The translations under genes were made by a program, and so were the position numbers. From positions 602,669 through 666,668 of the forward strand of contig NMRA01000171.1 in NCBI GenBank assembly GCA_002633005.1: a stretch of 64,000 nucleotides of DNA, read 5' to 3'. The notes beneath the pieces were generated by a model. The model saw only the letters and a program-made list of their open reading frames with translations. It did not search any database and was not told the DNA's origin. Of the stretch, positions 1-14,516 are shown one piece after another. Position 1 is the stretch's first letter; each line of letters begins with the position of its first letter. Origin of the DNA: Phoronis australis. Lineage: Eukaryota; Animalia; Phoronida.

Positions 1-2282
1 ACTAACGATGTCTTGGTAGACAGATTCACTGTAGGAGTACAGAAAGTCCAAACAAGAAGTATTTATTTTTCCCATTGTTTGGTTGCTATAAAACATCCAG
101 CCGTGTAAAGAATTTTGTTTATTCTACACGCAGGTTTTTATGTGCTCATAGAATTACTAAACAATCACCGCTTTTAACAGTCGGGGATTAGCACTCAAAG
201 TCTGCAATGTTAAACTGGACAAATGATTACTTTAACTGATACGAAAACAAATAGAAGTAATTTTGCAAAATGAGATAAAAGTGAATTGCATTTGAAAATT
301 AGCAATTTACAAAATGATCAACTGGTTATACTCAATTCACTAGCCAAATTTTAGAACGGTGAACGCTTGCATCCTTCACAATTATTCAACTATAAATAAT
401 TAATACACTTACAAGTCTAAACTATTTCCAATAATAACTTCATGAACAATAACAAAACAGCAATAACTGATAAGGTGGAACAAAACAATCACCATTATCT
501 TAAGTCAAATCAGTTCATGTGTTTTCTAATAACAGTGATCTATTCAATCTACTGCATGGGTACATACATGTGAACTGCTTCTGATCTATACAATAGCGCA
601 GCGTGTTTACAACATAGCAGTCGAACCCCTGAACTTTCCGTAAGAGGGCAATAGTACAGTCCTCGTGGTATTTACTCACAATGCTGTAACATCCCTTGAG
701 CAGTTGTCTAACCTCATTTCGTCCCACTAGAATTTCTGGGGTTAATTGTTGGTGCTTTGCTTTTTTCAAGTTTTTCTCGGCTGCATTTATTTTATTTGAC
801 CTTCCAATGCCAGCGAAGTTTTACTACGATGCAGTGGGCTGCAGAAAGTTGGATAAACAAGTGAAGTACCCATGGATGGAATATCTTCCAACATGATTCT
901 TAGATTCAGCCCGACATTTGTAAAACAAGGCCAAAGAAACGATGTGTTTTTTTACGTCCAGGACAAAGACGATTTCTTTCCACGATCGTTCTGTTGACTT
1001 TGCACCACGTGAATATAAATTTTCAGCAGTGTAATTTAACAGCATTTCTTATTTTTTTTGCAGATACCATCTGTCACAAGACTAACAGTAGTACATAGTA
1101 ATGAAGTAAAGAGCAATCTGAGAATAAATTTGTCGACAAAAGTAAAGTTTTCAAGCACAAGGGACCACAGCTCCATTCCGGCTGTTCAGATATTATGACA
1201 TTATAATGAACTATTATCATATTACACAGAACCAAGTTTTGGATAAGTATAGAATTTATTCCGACTGAACACAAAAATGATCCAGTACCTCAAAATTCCA
1301 CGTGGGAGTCCTGGGCTTTCTATAAAGTTTTTCAGTTTGGTGCCTTGAGTCGCTTTCTGAAGCTTAGTTTCGATAAGTGGGAAAGGTTAACTCCGGTAGT
1401 TAATCTGCAAGCGAAACTGCTTAAAATAGGATTTAAAGGTGAACTTTGGTACTAACCGAATACTAAAAGCAAAGCGTCATTGAAGTTAACGGTAGAGGTC
1501 ACGGCAACGATCACGCTAGACTCACAAAAGGTGTTCTTTGTTACTGTAACGTAGCTGACACATTCTCAACAGACGGACATAAATAAATAAAAGAAATTAT
1601 ATTTGATAAAGAATAACACTGATCATTTTCAGAAACACTTGTAATTGGCAGGCGGACAACTTTCAGTAAGCCTTGAACCCACAGTTCAATATTCATTTGA
1701 GAGTACGAATAAACTACGTCGTCTGTTGTCATACCGATAACTTCGATATCGCTATTAAGTGGTGAAGCTTCGCTAAAGCGAAGTTCCCCTAATGAGAAAG
1801 TGCTTTTGGAGTTTCTAACCAAATTAACTGACTGTAATTTGAATACATCAAGTGAAATTTATTACATATTCTTCTTATTATTATTCATTATATGTTTAAT
1901 TAAACTATACAGTATTTAATTGTAGTTTCAATGCCAGAATTCATTAATTTCCAAAAACAAGCTGTAGAAGGTCTGTTACTATGCCCTCTCCTTCCCAAAA
2001 CTTATGACAAAGTGTATTCCACGGTGCTGATTTTGTAATGGGCACTACATTGTGACTTTTAAAACGCCTATATAAAAATAGTGAAACATTACAGTCACAA
2101 AAAATTGTGAACCTACATTACTCACTTAGTATGAGTGACAGGAGTCAAAAGTTTTTAATTCTCATTTTCAGTACATTAAAAATCGATTTAATCAGCGTTA
2201 AAAGACATCACCCAAAAAATGGCATAGACAATTTGCGAACCATAGTTCTTATAAATTAGGTTAACCATTCCTACTCTGGAAG

Positions 2283-3460
2283 TAGTTTCTATATACATAA
2301 TACTGTTCCCTTCCACAAAAGTTTGACATAATCATTGGCTTCTCAAGTCTTAGTTTCTATATACATAATACTGTTCCCTTCCACAAAAGTTTGACATAAT
2401 CATCACGGGTGAGAAACAACATGACCGCCGGTCCTCTAAACAGGACCTCCCGGGATCAAATGGGACCGCCGCACCAGAAAATGGGACTGACGCACCCAAA
2501 AACATGACCGCCCCACCACAAAACAGGACCGCCGGGGACTGAGTAGTTAAGGCCTTTGTGTGATACTGCGGGTTATGACGTAACCGGTCAGATAGCTGTG
2601 TAAAGACTATCGCCAAAATAAAGCTTGACAGCCTTGCGTTATTGAGCTCCGTTACATCCCCGACATTGCCCACAGCCCGGGTAGTTCTGCTCGTCACCTC
2701 GTCGTGGAACTTACATCAACATGTAGTAGAGCGCGCGACCGATGCAGGCGCATGCAAAATCTAGGCGTCAACCAACACTCACCTTGCAGTTTGCAACCGC
2801 TTGAGTGAAAAACAATCTAATGAACTGTTGTAATAATAAGTGACATGTGCACGCGCCATTTCCTCAGAAAAATTTTGAGACATCTTTCGAAAGATGATGA
2901 NNNNNNNNNNNNNNNNNNNNNNNNNNNNNNNNNNNNNNNNNNNNNNNNNNNNNNNNNNNNNNNNNNNNNNNNNNNNNNNNNNNNNNNNNNNNNNNNNNNN
3001 NNNNNNNNNNNNNNNNNNNNNNNNNNNNNNNNNNNNNNNNNNNNNNNNNNNNNNNNNNNNNNNNNNNNNNNNNNNNNNNNNNNNNNNNNNNNNNNNNNNN
3101 NNNNNNNNNNNNNNNNNNNNNNNNNNNNNNNNNNNNNNNNNNNNNNNNNNNNNNNNNNNNNNNNNNNNNNNNNNNNNNNNNNNNNNNNNNNNNNNNNNNN
3201 NNNNNNNNNNNNNNNNNNNNNNNNNNNNNNNNNNNNNNNNNNNNNNNNNNNNNNNNNNNNNNNNNNNNNNNNNNNNNNNNNNNNNNNNNNNNNNNNNNNN
3301 NNNNNNNNNNNNNNNNNNNTAGTTTCTATATACATAATACTGTTCCCTTCCACAAAAGTTTGACATAATCATTGGCTTCTCAGGTCTTAGTTTCTATATA
3401 CATAATACTGTTCCCTTCCACAAAAGTTTGACATAATCATTGGCTTCTCAAGTCTTAGTT
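2283..3460. repeat. 68-bp tandem repeat flanking an assembly gap, interrupted by a GC-richer insert at 2404-2900
   Basis: The unit TAGTTTCTATATACATAATACTGTTCCCTTCCACAAAAGTTTGACATAATCATTGGCTTCTCAAGTCT starts at 2283, 2351 (truncated at about 2403), 3320 and 3388. Confidence 0.9.
2901..3319. other. Assembly gap (N run)
   Basis: Run of N characters. Confidence 1.
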
Positions 3461-4877
3461 TCCTTGGATGCAACACCATCTTAACCCTTAAATGAGGTAT
3501 GGAAGGCAAATTAGGACAAAATTACTGGCATCTTTCCTTTCATGTTATTCAATGAGATTACACAATGATAACAATGGGTAGCATCAGACTGGAATTAGGT
3601 AAACACTATAATTGCACTGTGATAACCACCAATTGCTGGTTAGATACAAAAATGAGCAATAACATGACAAAGACTAACTGCAAGCAGTGTCTACTTATTG
3701 CAGATAAAATTTAGAATCTTCCATTTATGCACCATCATCTTCACAAACACTAAATAGTTAGCAAGATAACTTGCCTACAAATCTGTCAATATTGACATTC
3801 GATCAGCATTTCAGGAGAGTTTTTATCCTCAGAGGGTGTAAAGCGTAGGTACAATGATTCTGGGTGGTCTCCTTGACTTGAGACAGATTTGCAAAAAGAT
3901 GAAAATTCCACATTTCACTTTCTTACAAAAGCAAATCAAAGCATTAATAACTAAACTGCCTCACATTAATTGGCATGACTCATGTTTTTCAAGAAAATAA
4001 TTTCAAGGTCTAATACCCAAGGCACTGAGAGATAATAAAAATACTTGGAAAAGAAAAAATCCTTGATCAGTCATCAAATTTTGTGCCCATTAACTAGTGC
4101 TTTAGACAATCTCCAACTTTTTACTTGCTGAAAAATTCATCGCTTTTAGTCCCAAGGTACACCATTAATACAGAGGCATTTTGTCATGGTTTAGCTGTCA
4201 ACATTGAATTTTTAACCAGAACACTCTGAGGTTTCAAAACATCACCATATTTGTCCGACCCTGCATTGTTCGTGAATGAGGCGACAACTCTAGTCACAGG
4301 CAATATATACATGCGCCATATTTAGGGGTTGGCTAATCCCAGTAAATGCTAAAGCATTTCCTAGTCACAATGATTACAATACTCATATAAGGGAAGTCAT
4401 ATCCTATCATTGTAAGAATGTAGAATGTTACAACACTGTTTTAATGAGTTTATAGGGACATTATCCCTTTTATAGCCAAGAAAATAATTTTGGGATTACT
4501 GTGAGATCGAGCAGACTCCTTGAAGTTCTTAGTTTCGACCAGAGCTATAAAACGACAAAATCTGGTTGTGTGATTTCAATACAAATTGCTTATCACAGCC
4601 GTTGTATCCTGAAGTCAAGGCCGGTGATATTACCATAACGCTTAAAACTCTGAGCCATTTATCAAATGGGATTCAGCTTCACCAGTATAGCAGTTAGGCT
4701 GCAAAAGCTGGTGTTACAGGTTTAATTCTGCGTTGAGGCTGACCTCAGAGAATTTCTTTCCTTACAGGTACGCTGTCCTTTAAGTGGCAGAATTCATTTT
4801 TCATTTTTGGCAGCTGAATACTGAAATGCAGGTTTAACTAATTAATAGTTTCAGTATTAAATATTACTTCACCTCAC

Positions 4878-4940
4878 CTGAGCAATGGCCGAACGACGGA
4901 GATTTGTAGTAAAAGCAGCAACTGTCTGAACAGATGTCAT
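4878..4940 (-). CDS. Candidate alternative first coding exon (MTSVQTVAAFTTNLRRSAIAQ) of an unidentified minus-strand gene
   Basis: ATG at 4940, 21 open codons, ending at a strong phase-0 donor CAG|GTGAGG. No homology recognised. Confidence 0.4.
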
Positions 4941-7900
4941 AGTTATACTAAACAAATAAAATGCCCAACAAAACAGGATACTTGGGAATACTTAGTTAAT
5001 TAAGAAGTAAATTTTAAGTTCACACTTTCTAACCATTTCACCATAAACGAACTAAAAAGACATGTCTGGCAATGCCTGTCAAGCATTATCTGGTTTATAA
5101 AACAAAGACCGGTTACTAATAGTAGCCCATCAAATAGCCGTTGCGTTGCGGGGACGAGACTATAGTTTGCTTTTCAGATTAAATTGAGAATGTTAGAACT
5201 GATAAGTGGCTAAAATAAAACTGAGCAAATATTTCTTCTTGAATGATTAGCACAGAAATCGAATACAATCAGTAAAAGTAGGTGAATGTACTTAAGTACA
5301 GGTAATTACAAAAGAGCAGTCATATTGAAGCGGTATTCACCTGTAATTGGCAGAGTCTAGACAGGAGGGCTGCTTGATAGAGAGTAATCCAATACTGCAT
5401 GCCATAATATTAAAAAACTGACCAAACTTAGTAACATTTCGTTGAAATTGAGACAAAAATCAAGATATTAATTAATCAGGAATAACGTTTGTCCAAGCAC
5501 AAATGCTGAGATCATAGGAGACCACTCTAGACATACATCTGTATGTTTGTGTCTTAGTGTTGAACTTTTTTTATCTGATTAGGGTTATGTCCAGGTATTA
5601 GGCCTTATCTATGAAACCTTTTGCTATATTTATCTAAATAGTACTTTAAAACTGACCAGGTAGACTGATGCTAGGATATGGCACGGTTTTTATGACTTCA
5701 TCACCTTTAGGATTAGTCCTTATAGGATAGCAAACGTTTGACAGCATATATAATCTTATAAGTTAATCCATTGTACAGATTTTTAAGACAAAAAGTGGTT
5801 TATCTTTACTGTGTTCACATTAAATTTTTACAAACTCCATTTGCCAATTGATGCATTTCTACTTTCGGGTCCCATACTATTTGCCTTCTTGGTAGATACT
5901 TTCTATAATTAGACAATACTTTTTGCTTATAAATGTTAATTAAGACACCGTTTACACTCACGATGAGGACTTAACACCATAAAAACCAACCTGCTGAGCT
6001 GCGGTGGGCCTTATTCCACCTCCGCGATGAGTGGCTGACATCCTTAACAACCAACAGAGTTCGACCCAGTTAACATGAAGAATCACCTCAATCCACTGTC
6101 CTTATCTCTCACTCACACCCACTACACATACAGGTAAGTCAACAAGAACATCAACAATCCTGTATATATCTTACTGTTACAGCAAAGTCTTTTTATACAA
6201 CTACAGTCCCTTTCAATATGAAAGGCAGGTTCAGCAAAAGTACGCACTTCAAATGAATAACAACCACCATAGAAAGGAATGAATATGATGTGTGGAAATC
6301 ATAATAGATCCGCCAAAGGTGTAATTATTATCAATAGAGTCTGATGTTTCCAATGGTAACGCTGTTCAATACATTACAGCAAGTGAAAGGAAATTCGGGC
6401 AATCGATGTCCATGGGAGACAATCAATACCAGTAAAAGAAATGTTTTTCACGGACTTCAAATTGTATTGTCCTGTAATTTGCACAAACATGGTCCTAAGT
6501 TACACAAGGAAGGTATTATTTTTCATACTTACACTTTCAACCTGTTGTATTTTTATTCAGGGTCAAAGTGCTGACACTTAAGTAGAGGATGGCTAGTCCA
6601 AGGATGTATACAATGTTGCCTTCACAGACCAAAATAGACCAATGATACATTTGTTACAGGGTGACCAAATTGTCCCCAGCTGCCTCAGGATATATGCTTG
6701 GTCTTAAAAGGTAATATCTTTGCAACACTTTATTTGTAGCAGGAAATGGACACTCAATATTACAAATTTTCAAATGGGAAATTTGTGATTTAAAAAATGA
6801 TCTTTGACAGCGCATGACATGATGTAGCTTTAACATTTCTCAAGACTTTAAAAACAAGATCTTGGTCTCCAAATTCCACGGGTACTTGAAGATGTCACAC
6901 GTACACCTCAGCGCAAAACAGGAAGAAAACATGAAGCTTCATTCTTGAAATATCCTCCTAACAACATTTAACAAGTAGAAGTCTTAAATGGCCTTGATAA
7001 CCAATTCCATTCATGCCTGAAGTAATGACCAACATACACTTCAACAAAAAATGAAAAAGTACAAATCTTCCTCATTCAGACATCGCACCAACATTTTTCC
7101 TGTAAAGATCCAGGAAAGAACAACAAATCTGCACCTTCTGTCAAAAAACAACTTTCGATTTAAGTTGATTACTGCTATGAAATCGTTCTCAGAGATCACC
7201 AAGTGCTAAATAAAACACGTTCTACTTTACTGCTTGTGTTAATTTCTTTAGTTACAATGCACACCTAGATCGTTACATCGCGTTTACTCTGGCAAATGAA
7301 CTCTGATGACACGCACGAGCTCGCTTACTCACACAGGCAGACGAACTTAATGACAAATATCACGTGACAACAACATGTGTGTTCCTCCAGAGATTTTTCT
7401 CGTGTTGCGGAGTAGGATCGAGGGTAGATTTGGACTTAATGTGCAGTTAGTCCCTACTCCACAGGAACTTAAAAATCTTAGGGACGCTATTTTGAAAACT
7501 TAAGAAGGACTTCAGGTAATTTGTTGACTCGAAACCATATTTTTACTCAAGAATTCAAGTTGACCTATCGACGATTGCGTGGCAGCGACGCATCAGTCGG
7601 CAAGTTTTGCACTGGGATTTTCTGAAAATGCTGCCTCGTAATTTAACAACAAAGTTATATAGATATGCACTGGAATTTTGTAGAAACTCTACCATACTGG
7701 TTACAGATGTGTCACAGAGTGTAAATTTGATGAATTCTAACTTACTATTTTACCTGTTTTGGAGACCGGGTTTCGACCACTTTGGGCTATAATAAGCACC
7801 CCCTTCCTGAAACAAAATTTTCTAAGCACATGGGGCACTTATTAGTGCGAATACGGTAAACGTGCTTTATTCTGCCACCTTGATTCGTACTTACAACGCA

Positions 7901-9096
7901 GTGGCAACGAGTGCCATCTGTTGATCATTATCATAACCATACATAACAGGGTAGAAGTGCATGACAGACACAAATGGTTCTGAGCTTTTAATAATATTAA
8001 CCAAATTGATTTTCTTATATAAAAGTTATGGGCAGGGTTGCGATTCAGCACTACTGACCTTTACACCTCATACAAAATTAATCGGGTTCTTTCTCTGGAT
8101 ACTGAGTTGATCATCACTTCCCATGCATGTATTTTGAATATTTGCTTAATTAAGATACCGGTAGCATCTATTCGCAGGGATAATTTTAGGAATGTGCCCC
8201 ATGTCTATGGCATATAAAAAATTCATTGACACAATAAGATTGCTCATCTCAGCCAACAGGTACAGTACACCTGTTAGCTCTAAGCAATCATAGTGTGTCA
8301 ATGAAGGTGAACGACAGTAAAACTGTCACAACTTTGCCTACTTTTGTCTTTCAGCACTGCATTTTCAGAATCTTAATATAATTACAAAGCAAAGAAGCTG
8401 ATCAGAACATTACAGCTTTAACGATCGAGCGTATTGCGAAAATTCAGATCCCAATTGCAATTTTTTATGCGTTAAACTGAATTGAAATGTACTAAGTCAT
8501 GCATACCAATCACCAATTGTGTAATATAATGAGAGGTAACAGGTGAAGTTACACATATTTAAAGGCCAACCCCCAAAAATCTAACTGAAAATGGGCAGAC
8601 ATTCGACTAACATGACCCAAAATTGGCCCATAGATTTGTGGATACATTAACTCTTTGCCACATTTTTTTTAGAATGATCCGTATATTCACTAAAATAGAT
8701 GAAACAATACCTTAAAACTCTCTTTTTAACAAGAGGTAAGAACACGTACTACAACAGGAAGCACCAAGTTTACCTTATGAAGACCAAAAGTATCCGGGGT
8801 AGGATTAATCAGTCTCACTGTCTCAGTAATAGTTTTGATGTCATCAAACAACAGGGGAATTTACCAACAACAAGATTTTTGAAACACAGTAATAAACATA
8901 CTTGAAAACTGTGTAAAAGAGCAAAAACTGTCGATCCATAGATTTCCTGAAAAAACAAATCTCTTTTAGACCAGCATATACCGAAGTCATGATTCTGAGT
9001 GAGTACAATGTTATTTTGATCCTGTCCCGACACTTATAAAATTAGAGGCCCCCTGAATGTTTTCATGATAGAGTTAAGTGTCAACGAATACGAAGG

Positions 9097-9451
9097 TAGA
9101 ATTTTCAATGTTGGTTCTCCTAAAAATGCAGCATGGTGATCGCAAACATGAGTCAGTGACCATTTTGCACCTAGTTGGCTTTTGGCTACAGCCATAACAC
9201 TTTGAACAACACAGATCAAGAACAATTCAAGCATACGGAACAACACTGACAGCATCTTGTCATCTATCTACAAATTAGAATTTGCAATGTTGGTTCTCCT
9301 AAAAATGCAGCATGGTGACCGCAAAGACGTGTCAATGATCATTTTGCATCCTGCTTTTGGCTACAGCCATAACATTTTGAACAACACAGACCTAGAACAA
9401 TTCAAGCATACGGAACAACACTGACAGCAGCTTGTCATCTATCTACAAATT
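9097..9451. repeat. About 179-bp direct tandem duplication
   Basis: TAGAATTT(T/G)CAATGTTGGTTCTCCTAAAAATGCAGCATGGTGA...CTTGTCATCTATCTACAAAT starts at 9097 and again at 9276. Confidence 0.9.
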
Positions 9452-10753
9452 TCACATTGAAACAGAACCACAATAACTCCTATGTGACCAAACTTTATTT
9501 TCTCCCAATTTCATCCCAGTTAGAATGAACATTCTGCTTTTCAGATTTAAAAGTTAAAAAACGCCATCACCCTTATAAGCACAAACCAAGAGGAACAATG
9601 AAAAATGAATATATGCCGACACAGAATACTTACAAGCAGACGCATAAACTTTCTATGTTTGAACTTCTCGCGTATTCTATGCATTCCAATTTGAACACCG
9701 TCAGGTTCAGCCATGTTTGATCAATCAAACTTCACCACTGTCCAAGAGACACACACAAATACACCTTCTGACTATGCCCATCAAGTTTCACAGGTTATAG
9801 AATACAGGAAAACTTTGAGATTGAAAAACTTCAAGAAAGCCATGTAGATTAGAGACAAAGCAGTATCTGTGTTCTCAACATTAAAACTCAACCTAGAATT
9901 GTACACAAAACACTCACAGACAATAAAGCAGAGTAATAAATTATTATTCCTAAGCAACACACCTTTGATTAAGATTATAACAGGGCATAATGACACTCAC
10001 CAAATCATAATGATAACATCATTTGAATCTGCTAATAATGAGGTTACCTGTGAGGCAGTGCCCACCAGGTTCACACCTTAATGTTTTGGGGCGTGTCAGT
10101 CAGTAGAAATGTTAAGAGCTCTCTTGGAAGAAGTTAAATCAAATTGCAATTTCACCGTAAACAGGTGGTATTAACTCGATAGTGTCAACACGTTGAATGA
10201 ACGTTTCACTTTGGTATCATCGAAGTTAGCACCAAGAGTCACTGCCAGGTACAACTAGGTTAAAATGTTTTGAGCATTTTCTACAAATTTTCAACAATTA
10301 CTTCCACTATTTCAATAAAATCCAGACACGTAATTGATTCTTCATATTAAATACATCTTTATATACAATTAAGATCAAAGCTGTCTTGAGATAACTTCTT
10401 GAACTCTTGTTCAAGTTAATGCTGTTGATAAACAAGTCCTCATAGGGGAACAGGTGTCAGTGCTGATGACACAGAGGCTGAATCTACACCTAATTATATA
10501 TGGTAGATCTACACCTAATTATATATGATAGATCCCAATGTTGACCTCATTTTTTCCATCAAAGGTTATTATAGCTATCACCAGTTTCCGTAATTTCAAA
10601 AGCAGTATGGCGAAAAAGTTCAATTTAGTTCAATTTTCAATAAAAAATAAAAATTCAAAAACTATTGAAAATTACCTTTCAGGCAATTGTTTTAGAGTTA
10701 AATTGAAGGGCTTTGTCCTGAATTAGTCCTTCATACTGCGAAAACGTTACATA

Positions 10754-10829
10754 TGTAATGATGTTATATTTGTAATGATGTTATATTTGTAATGATGTTA
10801 TATGTGTAATGATGTTATGTGTGTAATGA
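10754..10829. repeat. 17-bp minisatellite (TGTAATGATGTTATATT), about 4.5 copies
   Basis: Directly visible tandem units. Confidence 0.85.
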
Positions 10830-10965
10830 AGTACCAAGGAGAGACTGAATAACAGTTGAATAATTTTTCAAAAATGTTAAATGAGCATGTCAACAAAAAA
10901 GATGTTATTTTGCATCAACTTTAAGCTCAATTCCATTTGGTAACAGCATGTTCAATACTTTTATC

Positions 10966-11288
10966 CAGGGTCCTCAATCCCTCTATTTTGGGGCCCAATA
11001 TCAGCTCCATTACCCTCTGAAAAATATTGAAAAATCTCCTTTGTGAGGCCCAAAAATTGCCTTCAAGTGATAAAAAATTTCCCTCAAGGCTCGAAAGACT
11101 TGTAATTCACACAGGTGACAATTTGAAAGAACACAAAATGGATATTTAAGGCAGAGCCTATAAGTGTTTGCAACAGGGTGGGGGTGCTATTGATGGTGAT
11201 CGGGAGGTAGAATTTTCCCCACATCCCATAAAGTCCCTAAATCTCAGACGGCACAGGCACCTTTCCCCTCAGATGAATGAGGGCCCTG
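10966..11288. mobile_element. Non-autonomous hAT-like MITE with a 6-bp TSD (hAT6-like)
   Basis: TIRs CAGGGTCCTCAATC ... GAATGAGGGCCCTG (12/14 match), flanked by TTTATC at 10960-10965 and 11289-11294. Confidence 0.75.
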
Positions 11289-13351
11289 TTTATCTGACAC
11301 TAGATGGCAGGTGAAGGTGCTAAAATTAGCCTGTAACATCAACAGGTTATGACTGCGTGACATAGTTCACTCTTGGCACAAATCAAGAAACTTTATAGTC
11401 TGAAGCACGTTCAGATGAATTTTTTCCAATCCCAGCCAGCAGTGAAAGAATGTGTTTGTTAAGTAAATTGCATGCCACAAACACTGACAATTTGAGAAAT
11501 GCAGTAAGATCGTTGCCATGTATTGATATTTAGATTTGACAAATTGTTCAGGTTCAGCAAGATAAACTTTTGTTAACACTAAACGCCGGACCCAGTAACT
11601 GAGTGATCATCAATTCATGGAACTTGAGCACAAAAAGTTCTCAAAGCCAACCTTATTCCCCAAAACCAAACAAAATCCATCTGAGCAAAAAGTTTCACAA
11701 AAACAATCAAGGAGCTTAATATTGGTATTTTCTTGAAGTCTCATGTCTATGCAACTGATTCTTCATATGTTTCAATAGTTTCCCTTCACCTACCCTTGAA
11801 TTAACATACAATTGACACTGGTATACACAGGGCCACCTTGAGACCCGGTATTGTTCGATTGCATGTGAAAAGCCAAAACTTGAGGATGGGTTGAGTGGGT
11901 AACAAATTACAAATTATTCATGGAGTCAGAACACATTAACACCGAAAACATTTCAATACAGGATTGACCACAAAGTAGCCAGACCTCTTTGACATATTAT
12001 TTATAGGTCCTACTCCATTGTCAGGAACAGCAACACACTCACTGCAAGATCCCTTGCCATCATTGCTTCATGTCCTCACCTTCTTCACATGTTAACTCTC
12101 AGTTGGGTGTGGTCGACAGAGCATGAGGTGATATTGACATAGACTGATTAAAACGGTAAAAAATTAAATCAGGTGGCACATGCCTTTAAGGCATCCAAGT
12201 ATTTTACACAGCGTTTCAAAAAATTCATAATGAACTGAGCTATTTTCAGCAGAAATTGCAATCAAGACACAAATGTCATTACTCTTACCCCAACCCCTTT
12301 AAAGATGTATTTGCATGCTCCTAACTATGCTAATATAAAGCAAGAACTAAACAACAACACTATTTGAACATCATCTATGCTAAATAAAATGCATTTGTAC
12401 TCACTGACAACTTGTAAACGAGAAACATAACATTCTGCAAATAGGTGACCTTTGCACTTATGACGTACCTTGGGGGCCTACATAGGTCACATCATGCAGT
12501 GTTATTATCCAACATCTCGTCACACTACTTACTAGACACTGTTGAATGATTTACAGCAGATCATTTTCGACATGAAACTCATTCTGAAGTGAACACATTT
12601 GGCAATTTCCAACGTATTTCATATTCACATTGTCACTATATTTTGTGTTTATAACTAGTTTTACCAAGTAATTACAGAGATAAGGAATTAGCGAGCAAGT
12701 TCCACTTTAACTGGGACATGGGCCTTGGCCAGGAATAGAGAACTGAACCAGATAACTGACAAATAGCCATAAAACATGATAAGGTTTACAACTACAACAG
12801 ATAGTTGTAAAGTAACGAAATGATCAAACAAAGGTTGTCTCACCAATGTGAGTCTCCACCTGCTGATGAGAGGACAGACCTTCGGCTTGGAAGGACAGAC
12901 GAGAAGGGTAAACCTGCGTATGGGCAGGAACAACACAAAAAATGCAGAGGACTAACAAAAAATAGGAAGAATGACATTGTGATGAAAAGGATAGTGTTTG
13001 ATTTATTATCAGGGCATAAACCATTTAAATTTTGAGAAAAACATCGTTAGCAAGATCACACCTACTGTGGAGAAGGAAGGTTGAATCATCAATTTTAAGG
13101 AGATTATCTCTTTTTTATACAAATTTTTATTGCTTTATATGAGTACTGTAATGGCAAAATAATTTAACTTTCAAAAGGTGATACCATGTATAAACCACGG
13201 AATTAATAGCACGATATGCTAACAGATATTGTAATCAAAAAGAAAGTATGTATTAATATTTTAATCAAAATCAGTCTTTCACTGGAAAAACAAAAAATAG
13301 CTTGTCCCTCCTGTTACTGCCCCTCTCTTCCCATTTCTTGTATTTTTGGGG

Positions 13352-13600
13352 TCTGTCCTTCACATTTTTGGATCTGTCCTTCACATTTTTGGATCTGCCC
13401 TTCACATTTTTGGATCTGTCCTCCACATTTTTGGATCTGTCCTTCACATTTTTGGACCTGTCCTTCACATTTTTGGATCTGTCCTTCACATTTTTGGATC
13501 TGTCCTTCACATTTTTGGATCTGTCCTCCACATTTTTGGATCTGTCCTTCACATTTTTGGATCTGTCCTTCACCTTTTTGCATCTGTACTTCACAATTTT
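13352..13600. repeat. 21-bp minisatellite (GTCCTTCACATTTTTGGATCT), about 12 copies
   Basis: Near-perfect tandem units. The 7-codon period explains the five overlapping repetitive ORFs in the track. Confidence 0.97.
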
Positions 13601-14414
13601 GAGAACGTCCTTTGGATCAGAAGGTCCCTACACAGCAGTCAGAGCTTCATATTGGCTGATCAAGCTTGCAGGAAGGATGAACTCCATCCAATCAAAGTCA
13701 ATGCACACCCTTTTCAAACACCAATTATACTAAAAATGTTCCTAAACTAGATTCACACGACTGGCAAAAACGTCAGCTGTTTTTCAGTGGCTAAAAAGCT
13801 ATTTTTGTCAATATAGAAGTGTTTTCTCACTACCTGCTAGTATTATTCTCTGCAATAACAAATAAAGACACTCTCTCCTCCATCCTCACAGTCTATTGAA
13901 GTACATGGTCTGGCAACATAAGTGTGGGTACAAAAGCCAACAGTTTTGGGGTAAAGCTAATACCAAAAAGTGTCAGCAGAAATGACCTTTGCAAAAGTTC
14001 ACATAACTGGTATATTTTCTACCAGCAAAAGTAATAGTATAGTGAAAATGTTAACATTCTAGCCAGCATGAGAACGAGGTATAAGAATCAACGTCTATTT
14101 TCAGTCAGGTAAAATGCAAATCAAATGTGTTTTCGGTCAACAGGACATACCTGACGCGGTGCGTAAGGTCACCTATAACCTTAGAAGGGCCACAGTTCTA
14201 CAAATATCTATATCAAATCTTTGCAGATCACATAGATACCTTGCGCACCACCACTATCTCTTGCAATTAGCAAATGAGTGTGTGTAAAACCATCAACATT
14301 AAAACTTTAGCCCAGTTTAAAGTCACCATCATTTCAGTTTTAGAAAATAACAAAAGTGGCACAGTGTACCATTTCAAACTCACATAAACAGTAGAGAACA
14401 GTAGGGTAGCTTAC

Positions 14415-14516
14415 CACTGTCTTGGTCTTCTTAAGTAGTTTGTCCCACTTAAACTTAAACTTCTCTTTTTCTCCAGGAGCATCAGGTGTTAACTTCTTCA
14501 GCATAGACAATGCCAT
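14415..14516 (-). CDS. Candidate alternative first coding exon (MALSMLKKLTPDAPGEKEKFKFKWDKLLKKTKTV) of an unidentified minus-strand gene
   Basis: ATG in good Kozak context (AAACAATGG) at 14516, 34 open purine-rich codons, phase-0 donor GTG|GTAAGC. Confidence 0.55.

Noticed and set aside
515-1822. Several short ORFs that could be downstream exons of the minus-strand gene or a decayed element
   Set aside because: No recognisable domain and no consistent splice sites or frame.
2779-3372. Long ORFs in the track
   Set aside because: They only span the N gap.
13216-13750. Overlapping repetitive ORFs (CPSHFWI, KDRSKNV, QKCEGQI repeats)
   Set aside because: By-product of a stop-free 21-bp minisatellite; there is no splice or homology support.
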